Shown: in pieces, positions 49,601 through 61,100 of the stretch
How the letters are laid out: every line of letters begins with the position of its first letter
Position numbering within the stretch: the stretch's first letter is position 1
Assembly (NCBI GenBank): GCA_043228905.1
Contig: JBHGNT010000003.1
Coordinates: 12,648,001 to 12,712,000, forward strand
Source: Azolla caroliniana
Taxonomy: Eukaryota > Plantae > Polypodiophyta
Length of the DNA stretch: 64,000 nt
Reading direction: 5' to 3'
Notes under the pieces: model-generated
The model's database searches: none
Told to the model about the DNA's origin: nothing
Seen by the model: the letters and a program-made list of their open reading frames with translations, nothing else
Program-made: the position numbers and the translations under genes

Positions 49601-52104
49601 CCGACCGGCAAGGGACCGGTTAGTACTCGAGGACCCGGCCGAAGACGGTGAAGAAACAGAACCGGCCGAAGAAGATGAAAATGATACCGGAACCGGCCCC
49701 GATCCCGAAATGGATTCGGATGAAGAAGAATCGGAAGAACCGGTTACCGAAGCTCCGGAACGGAGATATCCTCTAAGAGAGAGAAGGGCCCCCCGGAGAT
49801 TTCCGGAACCAGAGCACGTGCTGCTAACCGACGAGGGGGAGCCGGGAGCTTTGAAGAAGCAAAGCATGACACCCAGAGCCGCAGGTGGTTGAGTGCCATG
49901 CAGGACGAGATGGATTCCCTGCATGAGAACCACACATATGAACTTGTGGAGTTGCCGAAAGGAAAGCGGGCACTTCGAAACAAGTGGGTGTTCAAGCTGA
50001 AACCGGGAGATGCCGGAAACCCCCCGAGATACAAAGCCAGGATCGTGGTGAAGGGGTTTCAGCAGAAGAAGGGCGTCGACTTCGAGGAGATATTTGCCCC
50101 GGTAGTGAAGATGACCTTCATCCGGACGGTGCTGAGCATAGCGGCAAGCATGGACCTCGAGGTAGAACAGATGGACGTGAAGACGGCATTCCTTCACGGT
50201 GACCTCGAAGAAGAGATCTACATGCAGCAACCGGAAGGATTCGAGAAGAAAGGGAAGGAGCACCTGGTATGCCGGTTGAAGAAGAGCCTTTACGGACTGA
50301 AGCAGGCTCCCCGGCAATGGTACCGGAAGTTCGACTCCTTCATGACCGACGAAGGGTACCACAAAACGCAGTCCGATCACTGCGTGTTTGTGAAGAAGTT
50401 CGAAGGAGGAGACTTTCTAATACTCCTCCTATACGTGGACGACATGTTGATCGTCGGACGGGACCAGGTCAAGATACGGACGCTGAAGAAAGCGCTTCAT
50501 CGAACCTTCTCAATGAAGGACCTGGGTCCGGCGAGGCAAATACTAGGGATGCACATCATCCGGGACCGGAAGAAGAAGCAGTTGTGGCTGTCACAGGAGA
50601 AGTACGTGACAAAGGTGCTTCACCGGTTCAACATGTCGGAAGCAAGACCGGTCGGGTCAACCCTCCCGGCAAACTGCAAGTTGTCCAGCAAGCAAAGCCC
50701 CAAGACAAAGGCTGAGAAGGAGGACATGATGAAAGTACCATATGCCTCTACCGTCGGGAGCTTGATGTACGCCATGGTGTGTACGAGACCGGACATAGGA
50801 TATGCAGTCGGAGTGGTGAGCCGGTACATGAGCAATCCCGGCAAAGAGCATTGGAACGCGGTCAAGTGGATACTTCGATACCTGAAGGGCACATCAAACG
50901 TGTGCCTCCGATTCGGCTCCGGTAAGCCCGAACTCGACGGCTTCACCGATTCGGATATGTCGGCTGACGCAGATACTAGCCGGTCCACATCAGGGTATGT
51001 GATGACGTATGTAGGGGGAGCTGTTTCATGGCAGTCGAGGCTGCAGAAGACGGTTGCGTTATCAACCACGGAGGCGGAGTACATGGCGGCCGTTGAAGCC
51101 GGCAAGGAAATAATATGGATGAAGGACTTCATTAGAGAGCTCGGTATCCGGCAGGAGGAGTACCGACTCTACTGCGATAGTCAGAGTGCCATCCACCTTG
51201 CGAAGAACGCGGTCTACCATTCCCGGACGAAACACATCCAGCGTAGATACCACTGGATCCGGGAAAGGATAGAAGACAAGGAGTTCGTGCTGACGAAGAT
51301 CCACACGGACGATAACGGGTCGGATATGCTGACCAAGGTGCTCACATCCGACAAGCTGGAAGCATGCCGGAAGAGGATCGGGTTGGAGAGACATCCCATG
51401 CCGAAGTGAAGGGGGAGTTTGTTGGGATTTCGGTCCCTCCGGATGGGATGTCCGGAGATGAATGACGGCAAGCCCGGAGGCCGTTACGGAACCAGGTGAT
51501 GAAGAGTACCCGGCATGAAGCCGGATGAAGAGTACCCGGCTACGGATCCGGATGATGAAGACCCCGGTTACGGAGCCGGATGCTGAATACCCCGGTTACG
51601 GAGCCGGATGCTGAATACCCCGGTTACGGAGCCGGATGACGAATGTACCCGGAGAGAGAGATCCGGATGCGGGGACATATTTGTGAATATGTTTTGCCAA
51701 GAGCCCTTGAGGCTATATTTGTAAATAGCCCGAAAGTCATATGTGTATAAATATGACTTAGGGCAAACAGTTTTATGTCGTTGTTGCTCATTTTTTATGC
51801 GAAGAGAGAGAGCAGCCGAGAGAGAAAGAGAGAGAGAAAGGAAGAGGTCGATGCCTCTGTGTATTGCCGCCGCCTGTGGCGAAGACAGTGAGCTCAAGGT
51901 TGCTGCCTTGTAGCTTCACCATTGTACATCTCTGTTTATAGTGATAGTTGGAGTTTGAGGACTCCCGTGGTTTTTCCCATTTAGGGTTTTCCACGTAAAA
52001 CATCCTGTGTACCTTTCTCTTTGTTGTCTTCGTGCAGTTTGTATTTCCTGTTTTTCTGGGAGTTGATCCTATTCCTCGGTTGTGGCCGAGCATTGTTTTC
52101 AACA
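46621..52104 (+). mobile_element. Young full-length Ty1/copia (Tnt1/Tork-like), same family as 14816-20100
   Basis: 685-bp LTRs at 46621-47305 and 51420-52104, with about 4 transitions seen by eye. TSD CTTAT, PBS 47309-47321, PPT GAAGGGGGAG before 51420. Confidence 0.98.
47337..51409 (+). pseudogene. Nearly intact copia gag-pol
   Basis: All domains are present. There is a TGA at 49041-49043 (CGA in the sister copy) and a 1-bp frameshift at ~49846. Confidence 0.93.
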
Positions 52105-52636
52105 CTTATTCCAATGCAACAAATTTTTCTTTTAGACACTGAAGCTCGAAAAAAACGGATTGATATTCTTGGGTGCTAACAATAGCCATAGTATTGGAAA
52201 AAGCCGTAAGAGGATGAGGGAAACCGAAAAGGAGACTAGAGGGAGGAAATTTGGTTCAAACTGTCAAGAATAGTACAAAAATAGACAGAGAATTAGTACT
52301 AGAGAAGGGGAGTACTATTAGTACTAAGAGGACTGACTGCGTATGACTCACGAGAGAGGAAGAGAGAAAAGGAGAGAGAGAGAGAGAGAGGGCGAGAGAG
52401 AGAGAGAGGATGATGATAACAGATGATATATTATGTGAAGAGTAAATACAAAATAGCTATGAGGCTTAAGACTGGCGTTGAACCAATTTGGTTCGAAATA
52501 ATGCCTTGTGCGTCCATTTATAGTGTTCTCAGCAGTTGTCCTGAAGCTTCTAGAATGTTCTAGAGAAATCTGGAATATACATTAATTTTCTATTGTTAAA
52601 CTTAAATGAAAATAATATCTTATGTATTACAATTGA

Positions 52637-52691
52637 TAGTGTAATGGTCAAGAGCTCGACCCATATAACATAAGGTCATGGGTTCGAGTCT
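52637..52691 (+). promoter_or_regulatory. Pol III-type A box/B box pair in the 5' LTR, antisense to the element
   Basis: TAGTGTAATGG at 52637-52647 and GGTTCGAGTCT at 52681-52691. Confidence 0.62.
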
Positions 52692-54522
52692 TGCCATATC
52701 AATCTACGAGTCACACAGGTGAGTCTTTTGATGTTATTGAAGTTCATACTTAAGTTCATGTGAATGCACTTTTCTTTCTTGGACCTAATGATTTACTCGG
52801 AGCAATCGGGTATATCAATGGAACACAAGCACATTTCTTGTTTGATTCCGGTAATTCTCACAATTTTCTTAATGATCACTTTGTGCAGCAAATGCAACTC
52901 CACATAAACACAAGTGATCATATCTATCAAGTTCACATGCAAAGTGGAAGCATTCAATACATCAGTGGTATTGTTTGTCAACTCCCAATTCAAATAGATA
53001 CCTATTTGGAGAAGCTTGACTTTCATGTTATGAAACTACAATCCGTAGATGCCATTTTAGGATACCCTTGGTTTTTTAATAAAAACCTTTCTTTGTCCAT
53101 TGATTGGGTTAATCACTTAATCACATTTGAACTTAATAATTGTAAACATTTTATTTAATGTTCCAAACTTCCTTCTCGTTCACTTGTGTCTTCTAAATCT
53201 TTAAGTGAGTATTCTAGTTTGTTAATTTATTTGTGTGTAATTCATCCTGCGCTTCAGTTTTATTATTTTAATATTGAAGCCACAAAATTACCACATTATG
53301 AACAACAATTAATCGACTGTATTTTAGAAGATTTTCAAGATGTGTTTCCTAACGAATTTCCGCTTACTTTACCACCAAAACATAATGTGGACCATCAGAT
53401 TGAAGTCATCCCTAGTGTTGCTCCTGTGAGCATTCCACCTTACCAACATAGTCGATTAGAAGAGGATGAGATCTCGAAAGAACTTAAGGAATATTTAAGT
53501 ATGGGCCACATTAGGTATAGTAAATCACCTTGGGGTGCGTCGGTTCTATTAGTTAAGAAGAAGGAAGGTTCATGGCGAATGTGTTAAAATGCATATCCGT
53601 TACCTCGTGCTGATGATTTAATTGATCGTTTGCATGGGCCCTGAAATTTTACGAAAATTGACTTACGAACAGGTTATCATCAGATTCGCATTGCCGAGGA
53701 TGATATTCCTAAAACCGATTTTCGTACGCGCTATGGCCATTATGAGTTTTTAGTCATGCCTTTCAGATTGACTAATGGTCCAACCACATTCAACAAGCAA
53801 TGAATGATGTTTTCCGAGATCAACTCGGTGATTTTGTTGTCATCTTCTTGGATGATATTTTGAGATATAGTCGTACCTTGCAAGATCATGTTCAACATGT
53901 TTGATTTGTTTTGCAAAAGTTGCGTGAAAACTCTTTCTATGCAAAACATTCAAAATGTGATTTTTTCCAAAACTCTATTGTGTACCTAGGTCATTTAATT
54001 ATGGAAAAGGGCGTTGAAATTGAACCTTCTCATATTGAAAAGGTTAAACTTTGGCCCATTCCTTGTAATATTCGTGAACTTCGATCATTCTTAGGATTTG
54101 TTGGATTATTACGAAAATGAATTCGTAATTATTCTAAATTGAATATGCCATTAACTGACCTTTGAAAAGGTCATCCACATAAGTCTATCAAACCAATTTC
54201 ATGGAATGAACAACTTGACAAATCATTTGAGACACTGAAAGTGCATGTGTGTGAGGCTCTAATTCTTCTTTTACCGGACCCTTCCAAGCCTTTCTCAATC
54301 AAAACCGATGCTAGTCATTATGTTATTGGTGTCGTCCTTTATCAAGGTGGTCACCGTATTGCTTTTCAATATCGGTATTCGATTCAAGAGAAAGAGTTGT
54401 TCGTGGTAATACATGCACTAAAAACATGGAGACCTTATCTCTATGGAAATCAATTTATGGTTACAACGGACCATCAATCCTTGAAGTATTTTTGTGACCA
54501 ACCAGATCTTGTTGGTCGTAAA

Positions 54523-57500
54523 TGTTATGAAGGCGCTCCGGCTCTTCTTTGTGCACAACGGATCGTGATGTGCTGGATCATTTAGTGCTCAAGATAGAAA
54601 GGGGAGGGGAGGAGACTTACCTCTTTGTAGCAAACCAAAAAGATTCTTCTATTTCATATCTCGCAGAGTTCAACTTGCTCTCGTCTGTTTTCAGTTTTCT
54701 GTTTTTCTTCTCTTCTCTTCTCTCACTCTTACTCACTTTTCTACTTACTACTCTTCCTTTTTACCTAAGTTATAAGTGAATTATATATGCAACTAATTAG
54801 TTGTCTGTGGCTAAATAGTTGTCAGTAGCTAAATAGTTGTGTATAGCTAAATAGATGTTTCACCTTTATGTCCACTAGTAGCTAATTAGCTAATAAATAG
54901 CTACTATAGCTTATTTCTCAATAAGTATCACATATGTACCTTTGTTGAGGTTGCTTCTCAACACTCCCCCTTAAGCTCAACTTATCCTATCTTGGGATCA
55001 TTTTCAATCTTCTTTTCTTCATGCTTTTCAACTACCATGCTGATGGTTATAACTCCCATCATGTCTCTAAACTGTGTATGTTTTTCCATGCTCAATCCCT
55101 TCGTAAGAATATCAGCAACTTGCTGATTTGTACTTATATACAACAGATCCAGTTCTCCATCAATCACTTTTTCTCTAACAAAGTGATAATGCACTTCAAT
55201 GTGCTTTGTTCTTGCATGGAACACTAGGTTTTTTGCCAGCTGAATGCTGCTCATATTGTCACACCAAATTTTGACAACACCATCTATATATTCTCCCAAA
55301 TTAGAAAGCAATCTTCTAATCCATACCTCTTCACAGGTGGCTATTGCAGCTCCTCTATATTCAACTTCAGTACTTGATAGTGCAATAGTATCTTGTTTCT
55401 TGCTACTCCATGACATAGTTGCACTTCCCAATGTAAACATATATCCACTTGTGGATCTTGTGTCAGTTTGGCGTCCAACCCAATCAACATCTGTATATCC
55501 TTCCAGCTTTATGTTGAGATCAGCCTTGTAAAACAGTCCATAATTTTGAGTAGCTTTGACATACCTCAAAATTCTTCTAATGCAATCCAAATGTGGCTTT
55601 GTTGGTTGTTGCATAAATTGGCTGACTATGTTGCATACTGTTTTTGCAACATATATATACCACTTTCAGATCTGATCATTCAATACCAAGAAAGTATCTT
55701 AGCTCTCCCAAATCTTTCATATGAAATTGCATTTCAAGATTTTTTTTCTAGCTTGCTTATTTTATCCATGGAATTACCTCCAATGATTAAATCATCAACA
55801 TAAATCAAAATCACAACAATGCAATCATTTATCCTTTTTACATACAATGATGGATCAACCTTTGACATTTTGAAAGCAAATTTTTTCAGAGATTCTGAAA
55901 GTTCTTTATGTCATGCCCTTGGTGCTTGTTTTAGTCCATAGAGAGTCTTTTTCAGCCTACATACATATTCTGTATGCTTCTTATCTTCAAAACCTGGTGG
56001 TTGACACATATATACTTCTTCTTCTAAGTTACCATGTAAAAAAGCATTTTTTACATCCATATGGTGCAAAACCCATCTTTTGGCTGCACTTACAACAAGT
56101 AGTGTCCTCAATGTTGCCATCTTTGCAACCGGTGCAAATGTTTCATCATAATCAATTCCTTGCATCTGGGCATATCCCTTTGCAACAAGTCTTGCTTTAT
56201 GTCTACTAACATTTCCATTTGAATCATGCTTTGTTTTGTAGACCCATTTGCAGCCTACAACATTTTTTTCTTTCGGTAATTTTACCAAATCCCATGTTCT
56301 GTTTTCAACCAATGCATCTATTTCTTCTTGCATTGCATTCACCCATTTCTTATCAGATTTTGCTTCATCAAAACTATTTGGATCAGGGATTTGTACCACT
56401 CGAGACATGTATGCATAATGCATAGCCATATATGTGTCATAACTAAATCTTTCAACAATCTTTTTCTCTCTATCTGATCTTCTCAGTTTTTTATTTGCAT
56501 CCTTCATTGCTTTTTCCATACTAGGGATTTTCAAGGCTCGTATAACAAGGTCATCATCCAATGATGTATCTGAATCTACGTCTTCCATGTTTCTAGATCC
56601 ATCATCAAGCATTTCATATTCTGGCATCTTCTGTTTTCCCTTTCTATGATCATATTTTGTCCTGCATTAGATTCAGATTTACTACCAGAGTTTTTTGATG
56701 GTCCGGAACATTCTATTGATGTTGAACTTTGTTGTCCAACATTGTTTCCATTTCCCTGGGAATCTCTTCCACTTTTAGATTTTTCTCTATCTTCATTTTC
56801 ACAGTCTTCATCAGTTTTTACATTTCCTTTTGGGTTGTACTAGCTGCCCAACTCATCAAATATTACATCATGGCTTACCACAATCTTTTTTGTTAATGGG
56901 TTATAGCATCTATACCCTGTTTGCTCATTTGAATATCCAACGAGAACACATTTTTCAACTTTTGGATCAAGCTTACTTCTTATTTCAACAGGTACATGAA
57001 ACACTTTTAGTTGTCCTAAACTAGGTTTCCTTCCATAGAAACATTCTTTAGGAGTTACTTCATGTACTCCAGATGTTGTCCATCTATTTAAGATATAGTT
57101 TGCTATGTTTACAACTTCTGCCCAATAATACAATGGCATATTTTTTCAGTCATCATGGCTCTTGCTATGTTCACCAGAGTTCTGTTTTTTTCTCAGCAAC
57201 TCCATTTTGCTGTGGAGTATATCTACATGTGAACTGTCTCCTTATCCTTTGATTACATAGAAAATTAGAAAACTCATTTGAGAAGTATTCTCCTCCTCCA
57301 TCAGATTTAGGCATTTTATTCTAGTTCCAATTTGCTTTTCTACCATGCATTTAAACTTATGGAAACAATCAAATACTTCACCTTTTTCCTTCATGAAGTA
57401 AACCCATGTTTTCCTTGAGCAATCATCAATGAAAGTTACATAAAACTTACATCCACTAATTGATGCATTTTTTGTTGGTCCCCATACATTTGTACGTACC

Positions 57501-58102
57501 AAATCCAACCAATTTTTGCTTACATGTCTTTCATGAGGGAAAGGCAACCTGTTTTGCTTTCCATATTGACATGCTTCACATATTTAGCTCATCTCACAGT
57601 CTTTGAGCTTAGGCAGTCCAACCACTGCATTCTTCCTCAACATATTTTTCAATGTTTGCATACTTATGTGACCGATTCTTTTATGCCACATTTCCACTTC
57701 TTAGATGACACTCATTCCTTCTGTAAACATGGTTGTAATCTTCCTAGGCATATCCACATCTAACACAAACATTCTTCCTTGATGTTCTCCTTTTGCAATA
57801 AGTTTTCCCTGTTTCTCTATAAAGCATCCACTTTGCTTAAACTTCACTTGTATTCCTTGCTCCACTATCTGTTCAACAGAAATCAGATTTTTTGAAAGGT
57901 TTGGAACATGCATCACATTCAACATATACTTTGTTTTTCCTTTTTCTTCCCACAATGGGATATCTCCAACATGCTCTATTTGGTGAGTAATATTATCACC
58001 TGTCTATACATAACCAGGAATCTCTGGATCTCTTAGAGTTTCAAACCAGTTTTTATGTCCTATCATATGATTAGATGCCCCAGAATCTACATACCACATA
58101 AA
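54523..58102 (-). mobile_element. AT-rich Ty1/copia 3' part (PR-INT-RT-RNase H, 3' LTR 54523-54963), same lineage as 4664 and 23111
   Basis: PPT complement CTCCCCCTT at 54964-54972, RNase H 54982-55614, RT 55911-56627, INT 57242-57547. Cut just upstream of the protease motif WYVDSG by the 58103 LTR. Confidence 0.9.
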
Positions 58103-61100
58103 TGTTAATCCTTAGGGCTGGACAATGGCCTAACATAGGGTGTCTTCGGAAGACACTTCACCAAAGAGGTGTTATGACGAGATAACTTAAGATACAACGA
58201 TTAATCCGACTTAATTGGCTACTTAGCAATAAGGCATTCACTTAATACACGCATAAGATATAACAATTAATACTGAACGGTAATCAATACGTGAAGATAA
58301 AACAAGAAGCTTATATTAATTCTCCGTTAAAGTTTTACATTGTAACCGGGCCTTTATATAGGTCACCGGTGCTGCGTACAAAATAGTGCCAACCGGCACC
58401 CGTTCGAAACCAATCCGGATCCGGATCGGCATACCGATTCCGGTCCGTCCGTTCACTCCATAATTATAATCTATTCTAATTAATTAAAATATATTCCGAA
58501 TAACCATCCCTTTCACATTCTGGTCTTTAACTCCTTTGCCGACCGGGTAACACATGGCACGCCCGTGGGACAGTACCTTGTACGTCGAATCCCACTATCT
58601 GGCCCATAGCCTTCGTCTAAGATATCCAGAATGCTCTGCTCCAAGGTATCCAATGGTTTTTCGGAACTCTGTTGTTGTTGTTGTTGTGGCTGTTGTTGTT
58701 GCTATGGCTGTTGTTGTGGCTCCGGCTCCTCTGACTGTTGCTCCTTAGATGGTGTCTGTTCGGCTCCCGGTACCGGTAGTTGTGGCGGTGATTCCTCCGT
58801 TAGCTGCTCTGCCGGATTTGACTCCGGTTGACTCACCCCGGCCTTGTTTCCGTCTGGTCCTTGCTCCGGTGATGGCTCGTCATCGCTGAGGTTGACGGTC
58901 GCCACCTGCTTTGCTTCTTCTCTCCATAGCCTGGTCCGTTCATAGCTTTCAAACTGGATTTGAGCATCCAATCGATTATCATCTAGTTGTGCTACAAGTT
59001 GCCGGACCACTGCTGACTGTTCCGCCACCAGAGTTACAAAATCCTCGGCTAACTCATCTCTTACGGCGGTGAAGTCCTCCTTTGTTAGCATGTAGCAGTA
59101 GTCGCCATCCTTCTGCCGGTTTTTCGCGTCCGCCCGTAGCAAGTGGAGCTCGGCTGTGTGCTTTGCCCATTTGTCCCACCATTGCGCGGAGCTTTCGTCA
59201 ATCAAGCATTTGGCCTTGTTCCTCCATGCTTGGACAATGAACTGGATCCGCTCCAATCCCATCTTTGATTTGTCCTCCGCGGCTTGCCGTTTGTCCTTCA
59301 ACTGCTTGATGAGTGCCACCGTATCCACCTCCTGCTCCCGGTAATGTAGCCTTTGCAATACCATTGTCACTCATTCCTTCTCTTCATAATGCTGCTTATG
59401 GAGCTCCATCCGTTCTTGCGCGGCTTCCTCTAGTAGCGTGGTTCTTTCCGCCCGTTCCTCCGCCAGCGCCGTCTCAACTCGATGCACCTCCTGCCAGAGC
59501 TTTGCCATCTTCTCCTGCTGTTTCTTATGCTCCGTGTCCAAGTGCTTGTAGTCCCGGTGCAGGTGCTCAAAATCATCGGTCTTCTGCTTCTGGTGGTTGA
59601 GTTGCCGGCGAGCACGGTCTTCCCGATCCTTCTGTTGATGGAGTTCTTCTTTCAGTCTTTCGATCTCTGTTTCCGCCATCCGTCGCAGCTTCTCCTTTTC
59701 TTGCAACGCCTTCTCTTTCTCCTCCTTCAGTCGGTCATAGGCCTGATGTCCTTTCCACAGATTCTCTTCTGCCTGGCGGAGGTTCTCAGTAGTCTTTCGT
59801 TGCTCTTCTTTTGCCGCTTTTTTCAAGTCCTGCTCTCGGGTGCGTAATGCTTCCTATGTGGCCAGTTCATCTCTCAATTCAGCAAGCTCTTTTGCTTGCG
59901 CCGCCACTATCTCCAGGACTAGTTCCATCTCCGGGGTCTTAATGTTATGTACAGGTGCCGATGCTTCCTTATTCTGTACATCTACTAGAGTCACCGGTGC
60001 TTGGATCGGTGGTCCGGTTAAGGCCATTTTGGCCAATTCATCTGTGGCCAGGTCCAAGTCTTGTTCTAAGCTCCGGATCCTTAACCGGGCCTTCTGTAGT
60101 TCTCCGGTTGTGACGAGCAACCGGTCCACCTGCGCTTTCTCTTCCGCCTCTATGTAGTGTACCACTTCGGCAATCTGTTCTCCAATCCACCGAAGCCATT
60201 GGCTGTCGGTGCCCTGTTGTTGCATCTGCCCGGAGGGTTGGTTGTTGGTGTTGCTCGCTAGTAGTCGGTTTTGTCTGGTTGCGTCGAGCTGCAACTCTGG
60301 CTCTTGTTGGTGACCACTTTGCCGTTCTGGTTGCGGCTCCGTTGGCCGCTCCGGCTCTGAATGCTCTTGGCCTATGGGTGGGGTAGGCAACTGTACTCCG
60401 ACGCTTGCATTTCAGGTCGTGTAATATCCTGACCCGCCGGTAGAGGTTGTTGTGCAGGGAGCTCTGTGACCGGTTCTGTCCGAACTGGTTCCGGTTCCAT
60501 CCTTGGTGCGGGCTGCTCAGTGCGGGGTACATGCGTTCCATCCTTCTTTGGGTCCGAACGCTCCTCGGCATGTTCGGAGGTGCTTGCCTTTTGGCGCCGC
60601 TGGAGGTGCTCTAACGATTCCTCCTCCGTTTCCTCCTCCTGAGTCCCGATGTTGATTTTCGTTGCCACGAGGTCTGGCGCTTGTTGAACCGGTTGGTGAA
60701 GCCTGATCTTGATTGGCCGTACCGGTGGCTCCTCTTGCGATTCCGCTTGCCGCTTCCTATTGGCGCGCTCCTTTGCCGCTTGGTCTGTGTCGGCCGCCTT
60801 CCCTTTGGTTGCCTCAGAAGCCAATAGTTGTTGCCGTTTCGAGGCCGTTTCCGGGGTGCCTTCGGTTGTTCTTCCCCGCTTCGTGGTCTTGACGGGCTCG
60901 ATAGGTGGCGCTAATAGGGTGAGCCCTTGCGCCACTGCCGTCCATATCTTCTGACCCTCCTTGCCTCTGACAGAGTTGATGGCCGAACAGAGGCCATCCG
61001 CAATCAGTACTGCCCAGTCCACCTTCACGCCTTCAAATGTGGCTATGATTAAGCCGGTTCGGTTCTGGGGCATGCACGGGGGTCGAGGGTATACATATCC

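Larger units (their letters stand above)
42085..52701 (-). mobile_element. Near full-length Tcn1-like chromovirus with a group I chromodomain, pseudogenised
   Basis: 3' LTR 42085-42543 with PPT complement 42544-42555, and 5' LTR 52262-52701 (outer 5 bp lost). Gag [39 protein letters not shown], and chromodomain EYEIAAIL..YLVDWLGY..TWEP. The protease/RT junction is deleted at ~45360. Confidence 0.9.
39470..54522 (+). mobile_element. Degenerate chromovirus-like Ty3/gypsy (LTR, gag, PR, RT, RNase H), host of two nested insertions
   Basis: LTR ~39470-40287 shares TATAAATA.GAGGC.TAACTAC with the 11725 LTR. Gag knuckle YCKKRGH..C at ~42030-42070, protease LFDSGNSHNF at 52760, RT SPWGASVLLVKKK, and RNase H IKTDASHY at 54241. 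Confidence 0.8.

Noticed and set aside
58359-58411. TAGGTCACCGG..CGTTCGAAACC A/B-box-like pair in the 58103 LTR
   Set aside because: The A box overlaps the TATA region, and the homologous 30122 LTR shows no B box. Likely chance.
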